A DNA stretch of 64,000 nucleotides from Candidatus Woesearchaeota archaeon (lineage in GTDB: Archaea > Nanobdellota > Nanobdellia > Woesearchaeales > JACPIF01), in assembly GCA_016188215.1 (NCBI GenBank), contig JACPIF010000010.1, forward strand, positions 43,174-107,173, written 5' to 3'. The notes below the pieces were generated by a model. The model was not told where the DNA came from. It saw only the letters and a list, made by a program, of their open reading frames with translations, and searched no databases. Made by a program: the position numbers and the translations under genes. This document shows positions 58,510 to 64,000 of this stretch, in pieces (positions within the stretch are counted from its first letter, which is position 1; every line of letters begins with the position of its first letter).

Positions 58510-60102
58510 ATGGGTAAAAGAGGGCAGGCTGCTTTAGAATTCTTGATGAATTACGGTATTGCTATAATGGTTGTCCTTATCGCGCTTGGGGCTTTGGCTT
58601 ATTTCGGTCTCTTGAATCCTGCAAAGATATTGCCTTCTGCTTGCTTTCTTGAGCCTGGGCTTGCGTGCATTGAGACGAAGGTGAACAGGGATTCAGTTGT
58701 GCTAAGGATCCGCAATGGAAAGGGGGAAAACCTGAATATCAGCAGTATCAAAGTTGCAAACTGCAACGGCTCAGCCTCAGGATACTTAAAAGATGGCACA
58801 GTCGGAGAGTACATCATAGGCAGCTGCAACAATAATCCCAATTTTAAGTATTCAAGCACCATAAACATCACGTATGCCGGACAGAAAAGCGACGTGGTCC
58901 ATGCAAAGATAGGGAGCATCGTGGACACTGTTGAGAATAACTGCGGCAACGGGACTAACTGCGGATGCCTTGACATTGACACAAGCTGCGGGGCTTACCC
59001 AAGCTGCAATAACTGCAATGCACAGGATTCCTATTCTGCAAATTACTGTACTGGAGCTGACGTGTATAGGGATTTCTTTAACTATGGCTGCGCAAGCCAG
59101 GCATGCGCCCTTACAACAACGCCTGAATTACTGCAGAGCTGTACTGGAGGAACGTGCTCTGGAGGCTCATGCGCTTGTCTGGGAACAGATATTAATTGTG
59201 GTACTTATCCTGGGTGCAATAACTGCAATAACCTGGATTCGTATTCAGCTAATTACTGCAATGGTAATTCAGTTTATAAGAATTTCACTAATTACGGATG
59301 TGCAAGCCAGACCTGTTCATCAACAACAACTCCTGAACTGCAGCAGAACTGTGCAGGAAGCAATGGGATCTGCCAAAATGGCGCGTGCAGCTGTGCAAAT
59401 TCTGATGCCAGTTGCGGAACATACCCAAGCTGCAATAATTGTGCCTCAAATAATGGAAAATGCCAGTCAGGATCCTGTGCATGCTCAAACACACAATCAA
59501 GCTGCGGAACTTATCCAAGCTGCTCAGCATGCGGCGCAAACCAGGCCTGCCAAGGCAATCAATGCGTCACGACAAGCTGCTCTGACGGGACCCCTGTCAA
59601 TACCTGCTCTGCTACTAAACCGCAGTACTGCAATTCCGGCGGAACTTTAGTCAATAGCTGCAGCACGTGCGGTTGTCCTTCAGGCAAAGTATGCCAAGGA
59701 GATGGGAGTTGTGTGAATGCAGTTGCTCAGTTTAGTGCGAGTTATAGTAACCTTTGCCCAAATTGTGGAAGTCAACCACCTGGTTATCCTGGTTCGCCTT
59801 ATAATTGGTGGAATTTTGATACAACTCTACGAGAGACTGGTGGTATCATTGGGGTTACTGTTAATCAAAGACAAAAATGTTTCAACAGTAATGTTTATGG
59901 TAGCTGGTGCGACCCAGTAAAGACTGATATTTCGATAAGATTTGGAACTAATTCTATCCTAGCGGGAGGACAAATTGTATGGAATAATAATGCTGTCTGG
60001 TTTTATCCCGGGCAAACTGTAACAGTAACAGAAACCTTTTGGGGAGTTGATGGAAACAGTAATAATGTGCAAGCTAGTTATAGTTTTAATGTAGTTTCAT
60101 AA
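58510..60102 (+). CDS. archaeal type IV pilin-like (class III signal peptide) protein fused to tandem Cys-rich repeat modules
   Basis: The N-terminus MGKRGQAALEFLMNYGIAIMVVLIALGALAYF is the class III signal pattern. Repeated modules follow, CG.YP.CNNCN..DSYSANYC.G..VY..F.NYGCASQ.C..TTTPEL, and then shorter SCGTYPSC units. The C-terminus is a CVNAVA module. Confidence 0.6.
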   Translation: MGKRGQAALEFLMNYGIAIMVVLIALGALAYFGLLNPAKILPSACFLEPGLACIETKVNRDSVVLRIRNGKGENLNISSIKVANCNGSASGYLKDGTVGEYIIGSCNNNPNFKYSSTINITYAGQKSDVVHAKIGSIVDTVENNCGNGTNCGCLDIDTSCGAYPSCNNCNAQDSYSANYCTGADVYRDFFNYGCASQACALTTTPELLQSCTGGTCSGGSCACLGTDINCGTYPGCNNCNNLDSYSANYCNGNSVYKNFTNYGCASQTCSSTTTPELQQNCAGSNGICQNGACSCANSDASCGTYPSCNNCASNNGKCQSGSCACSNTQSSCGTYPSCSACGANQACQGNQCVTTSCSDGTPVNTCSATKPQYCNSGGTLVNSCSTCGCPSGKVCQGDGSCVNAVAQFSASYSNLCPNCGSQPPGYPGSPYNWWNFDTTLRETGGIIGVTVNQRQKCFNSNVYGSWCDPVKTDISIRFGTNSILAGGQIVWNNNAVWFYPGQTVTVTETFWGVDGNSNNVQASYSFNVVS

Positions 60103-60104
60103 AA

Positions 60105-62717
60105 ATTGGAAAAAGAGGTAAGTCTCAGATAGCCGGAAATCCGATTCTTGCGTTGTTCTTTGCTGCAGGATTTATACTTATTGCAATCTTTGGATTCAAG
60201 GCGTACCATTACATTAAAGATAGCCAGTGCAGGGCCGCTCTTGTCAATCTACAGAGCAATGTAAGGTCTGATTTCATTGAATTGGCTTCAAGGCAAGGTT
60301 CAGTCAAGCAGAAATCATATGTCTACGGGTGTGATACCGATGCTATCTACTTTGTTGATGCTGCTCAGAATATTCCTCAAGATGCTTTTAACCGCAGCGC
60401 TGAGATCCAGAACAGCCTTTTCGGCAGCACAACTGACAACCTTTTTATTCTAAGAAAAGGCAAACTGTTCGCATCATTCAATATTGGTCAGCTCTCCCTT
60501 TCTCATCCGCATTACCGCTGCTTCAACACGACAGCTATTAAAAAGCTTGACATGCTGGTCCAAGGCGAAGGAAATGCAGTTTCTATTGAGCACACTGAAA
60601 ACTTTAAAGGCTCTGGATACGATTGCACTGACCATGAACTTCCGGAAGAGATTGCTGTCCAGCCGTCCATTGAAAAGGCAAGCAATATTATAGGGAATTC
60701 TGCTGATTATCTTGGGAGGACGTTTGACCTGGATCAAAGGCAGGCTATTGAACGGTTTAACGAGACGCAAGAAAGGGTTGAGATTGACCGCGAGTTCCAG
60801 GTTTTAGAGGGCGGGACAAAGGTAAAGATAAGTGCAGATCCAGTTATAGCATGGCACTTCGCTTCAATAGAAGGCAGGCAGGAAGCTAGCTATTTCATAC
60901 CTGATGTGGAGCTTAAAGAACGCTGCAAAGATTTGATTGATGGTGTTGGTCTTGCAGAGAATTTTGTGGATAGCATAGAAAAGATAGAAAATAATCCTCC
61001 TATACTTGCTGTGCCAAATCTTGTGCTTACAGAAGATACAAAACTGGTGGTTGATCTCAGCCGGTATATCTCGGATCCTGATACTAATAAAAAGGAGCTT
61101 ATTGCATCTATTGCCACTCCAACAAATATGCAGGCTATTATGAATGGCTTTACCCTAACACTTATTCCAAATCCTAATTGGTATGGAACTGAAACATTGT
61201 ATATCACTACAAGGGACGAAGCTGAGGCCACAACACAACAGATAACAGCTACTGTAGAGGCAGTTAATGATGCTCCTGTAATAACATCAACTCCTTTAAC
61301 ACAGATTGCCCAATATCAGGAATATTCATACAAGGTTGCTGCTTCTGATACTGAGCAGGATCCATTGAGCTATTCACTGGTTGAATATCCTGTCGGCATG
61401 TCAATTGATGCAGATGGCGTTATCAGCTGGGTACCACAGGTTTCAGGGAGCTTATCTACAGCCCAGGAATACACTCTTGATGTGCAGCATGTCAATAAAG
61501 CTCCGCAGTTTGCAGCTTTAACTGCAGCTACATTAAAGGGAATTGTAGGCAGCGATAATGGATTTAGGGATAATGTAGTTGCAAACCTTTGGATATTTGT
61601 GGCAGACGATAGTGATACAAAGAAACTCGAATACTCTGTTTCGTCACAGACAAATCCAAATTTGGTTACATGTTTTGTTGATGGCCTGAAAAACTTAGAC
61701 TGTAATGTAAAAAATAATTATGATGGCTACTCAGAGGTTACCTTAAGTGTAAGCGATGGCCAATTTAACGCATATGCTGTTTTAAGAATAAATATTGAAA
61801 AAAGTCTGTGCATTCCAAACGTCTTAAAGAAATGTGAAGACAGCAGAGTATACTGGTTTGATAGCTGTGATATAAAAGGCTCCCTTTACTATGACTGCAA
61901 AAAGAATTGGCTAAGAAATCAGTGCCGTGATGCCAAATGCTGCATCGGAAATGTTTTTTGCCAAGAGCCTATTCAAAGCTGCAAGGATGAATGCAAGCCT
62001 GAAGAAAGGCAGTGCTCCGGCTCAGGCGGCTACAGAGTTTGTGGCGACTCTAACAATGACGGATGCTTTGAATGGGGCTCAGTAACAAGCTGCGGCTCTG
62101 ATCACTGTGATGAATTCGGGAGCTGGTCTTGTAAAGACTCAAAATCAAGAACAAGGTCAAGGACTTGCTACAAGCAAGGCTGTGCTAATGGGAATTGCGA
62201 TTCAGCTCTATGGCAGGACACGCAGACAGAATCTTGCAGCTCAAACCGAGTATGCCTGGCTGGAAACTGTATTGCAGCTTGTATTCCACAGACTTGCTCT
62301 TCTCTTGGCAGGCAATGTGGTAGTTCCCCAGATGGCTGCGGTGGCACTTTGAATTGCGGAGGCTGTACCTCTAGTCAGAGATGTGACAATGGAAAATGTG
62401 TTAATGCTGTTGCAAGTTTAAGCATGGAATTTATCAATATCAATCATCAGCATTCTGATGGAAGGCATTACATTTATCACACTAGAGTTATAAAAGAAAT
62501 TAATGGTATTGGTGTCACACTAACATCCGGCCAGTTATGCATTCAAAATAGTGGATGTAATTCAGCCTCAGTCAATTACAGAATAAACGCAAATAGTCAA
62601 TATGTGTTTGATAATTATTTTTGGACAAGATACTCTTCTGATACATTCACATTAACTTATACCGGAATGGATGATAACGGAAATGCTGTTTCTGTGACAC
62701 AATCCTTTACTCATTAA
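60105..62717 (+). CDS. second pilin-like secreted protein with cadherin-like/putative-Ig domain and Cys-rich C-terminal region; probable non-AUG (ATT) start
   Basis: The ORF-track start is TTG 60153. In-frame upstream codons give (I)GKRGKSQIAGNPILALFFAAGFILIAIFGF, paralleling MGKRGQ.. of the upstream gene. Further in come NDAPVITSTPLTQ..YSYKVAASDTEQDPLSYSL..GMSIDADGVISWVP (a cadherin-like motif) and a C-terminal Cys-rich region that ends GKCVNAVA. Confidence 0.5.
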   Translation: MGKRGKSQIAGNPILALFFAAGFILIAIFGFKAYHYIKDSQCRAALVNLQSNVRSDFIELASRQGSVKQKSYVYGCDTDAIYFVDAAQNIPQDAFNRSAEIQNSLFGSTTDNLFILRKGKLFASFNIGQLSLSHPHYRCFNTTAIKKLDMLVQGEGNAVSIEHTENFKGSGYDCTDHELPEEIAVQPSIEKASNIIGNSADYLGRTFDLDQRQAIERFNETQERVEIDREFQVLEGGTKVKISADPVIAWHFASIEGRQEASYFIPDVELKERCKDLIDGVGLAENFVDSIEKIENNPPILAVPNLVLTEDTKLVVDLSRYISDPDTNKKELIASIATPTNMQAIMNGFTLTLIPNPNWYGTETLYITTRDEAEATTQQITATVEAVNDAPVITSTPLTQIAQYQEYSYKVAASDTEQDPLSYSLVEYPVGMSIDADGVISWVPQVSGSLSTAQEYTLDVQHVNKAPQFAALTAATLKGIVGSDNGFRDNVVANLWIFVADDSDTKKLEYSVSSQTNPNLVTCFVDGLKNLDCNVKNNYDGYSEVTLSVSDGQFNAYAVLRINIEKSLCIPNVLKKCEDSRVYWFDSCDIKGSLYYDCKKNWLRNQCRDAKCCIGNVFCQEPIQSCKDECKPEERQCSGSGGYRVCGDSNNDGCFEWGSVTSCGSDHCDEFGSWSCKDSKSRTRSRTCYKQGCANGNCDSALWQDTQTESCSSNRVCLAGNCIAACIPQTCSSLGRQCGSSPDGCGGTLNCGGCTSSQRCDNGKCVNAVASLSMEFININHQHSDGRHYIYHTRVIKEINGIGVTLTSGQLCIQNSGCNSASVNYRINANSQYVFDNYFWTRYSSDTFTLTYTGMDDNGNAVSVTQSFTH

Positions 62718-62727
62718 ATGGCTAGAA

Positions 62728-63381
62728 CTAAATACCGCCGCCGCCACCTGGACCCACAGGTGCTGGAGTGCTCTGAGGAGTATCATGCCCATGTTTACCG
62801 TTACCACTTAATTCTGCGCCTATTAGACCGTATGCTGTTCCATGTAGTACTGCCTCAATAGGGTTTTTTTCTTTTTTTTTCACAATATTTTCAAATATTT
62901 TACCGATGTACAAAACAGGAGCAAAAATTATACTTCCCCAGAAATGACCTCTCTCCTCTTCTGGTGTCTTGCTATTTTTAATTCTTTCTTTGGCATCATC
63001 TATAACACTCGATGGAGTATCATACAAAAATGTTTTGGGAGCCATTACTGCTCTTATTACAGTTTTTCTAGCAAAATCATAAGGTAAGCGCGCGATTCCT
63101 TCTAAATATTCACCTTCTTTGAATGCAGTATCAATTGATCTATCACTTAGTAAAGAATCCAACACTTTTTGACCTGGATTTTCTTCTTTTATATCTGTTG
63201 CAACGCTAGAACCGCTTGCTAATTGCGGAGAATTTAGTCTAGCAACACCTGCACATCCGTTCAAAACAGTTAATAATGTTACCGTAGCAACTACTTTACC
63301 TAACGGAGAATAAAATCTATCTGAGAGAGTTTTATAGCTTGTATTTGCTGCTTGCATTTTATTATAGCAGATAACTACCAC
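62728..63381 (-). CDS. lipoprotein of unknown function with Gly-rich C-terminus
   Basis: The lipobox is LNGCAG. The C-terminus is PAPVGPGGGGGI. Confidence 0.4.
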   Translation of the reverse strand: MVVICYNKMQAANTSYKTLSDRFYSPLGKVVATVTLLTVLNGCAGVARLNSPQLASGSSVATDIKEENPGQKVLDSLLSDRSIDTAFKEGEYLEGIARLPYDFARKTVIRAVMAPKTFLYDTPSSVIDDAKERIKNSKTPEEERGHFWGSIIFAPVLYIGKIFENIVKKKEKNPIEAVLHGTAYGLIGAELSGNGKHGHDTPQSTPAPVGPGGGGGI

Positions 63382-63467
63382 TATTTAAATCTTTCTACAT
63401 TCACCACTTTAAAGTTTATACAAGCCAAAAACCAAAATTTATATTATAGTAAACCACAAAACAGCCT

Positions 63468-64000
63468 ATGATAGCAATCCTATCGGATTTTGGGCATTCT
63501 GAATACCTTGGAGTGATGAAGGGCGTCATCAGGAAAACGTATCCTGAGGCTCAGATAACTGATCTGTATAATGACGTAAAAGCGCAGAACATCCTTGAGG
63601 GTGCCTGGATACTATTAAAGAGCTATTCACATTTTCCCAAAGGCACGGTATTTCTTGCGGTTGTTGACCCTGGTGTTGGTGGAAAACGAAATCCAATTGC
63701 TATAAAGACAAAAGACTATTACTTTGTGGGTCCTGACAACGGATTGATGTACCCTGCTGCCTCTGACAACGGGATAACTAAAGTAATCAAGCTGAGCGAT
63801 AAAGGGGCTTCAAAGACATTCCAGGGCAGGGACGTGTTTGCGGGCATTGCCGCAAGGATTGCAAAGGGCGAGAGATTTGAGAAGCTGGGTCATGCTGTAA
63901 AGCTGCAAAATAAGCTTGACTTCAGGCCGAAAGGAAGAGAAGGGAAGATTGTACGAGTAGACACCTTTGGCAATATCATAACAAATCTTTCACCTCTGAA
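63468..64000 (+). CDS. SAM hydroxide adenosyltransferase (DUF62 / fluorinase-chlorinase-like SAM hydrolase), 5' part; continues past window end
   Basis: MIAILSDFGHSEYLGVMKGVI..FLAVVDPGVGG..FVGPDNGL are the DUF62 motifs. No stop lies before the window end. Confidence 0.6.
   Translation, partial: MIAILSDFGHSEYLGVMKGVIRKTYPEAQITDLYNDVKAQNILEGAWILLKSYSHFPKGTVFLAVVDPGVGGKRNPIAIKTKDYYFVGPDNGLMYPAASDNGITKVIKLSDKGASKTFQGRDVFAGIAARIAKGERFEKLGHAVKLQNKLDFRPKGREGKIVRVDTFGNIITNLSPL

Overview
The window is 64 kb from an AT-biased archaeal genome, probably a DPANN-like lineage. Archaeal markers seen directly are a RibC-type riboflavin synthase, a CTP-dependent riboflavin kinase, a class-I tRNA-Tyr(GTA) with a short variable arm, an SRP54 downstream of a TATA box that implies a leaderless transcript, and two pilin-like proteins with class-III signal peptides. 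Bacterial-type genes are also present (Lgt, a BlaI/BlaR1-like pair, VapBC modules). The left third (1-21.5 kb) is mostly housekeeping: malic enzyme, PHP phosphoesterase, ribH-ribC-ribK, rpe-rpiB, fba, a TlpA/CcdA/DipZ-C/TrxR thiol-redox locus, XerA, beta-propeller surface proteins, a glycoside hydrolase, NAD kinase and vapBC. A pair of near-identical 149-bp inverted repeats (21570-21718 and 48081-48228) brackets a 26.4-kb block. That block is dense in extracytoplasmic copper and thiol-redox genes: a CopA operon with a CC-HH membrane protein, a SAM-methyltransferase and a DUF2933-like protein; a PadR-like regulator with a Cys tail; a YHS protein; a cupredoxin; a DsbD/CcdA; a triple thioredoxin-fold protein; a VKOR-type Trx domain; and two loci encoding a novel CxxCC..CGC protein family partnered with small proteins that end in the exact C-terminal motif MVGGC. 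The same block also holds lgt and several orphan membrane proteins. The right part carries DoxX, VKOR, a second vapBC whose toxin start is mutated, a KefB-like antiporter, lipid genes, SRP54 and two large pilin-headed Cys-rich or cadherin-like adhesin candidates. Other unusual signals are an in-frame TAA splitting a 575-aa beta-propeller gene, 40-bp tandem repeats that each carry an SD-sequestering hairpin, an 8-bp microsatellite in a divergent promoter, GC-rich structured islands in AT-rich intergenic DNA, and an AT-rich block next to xerA.
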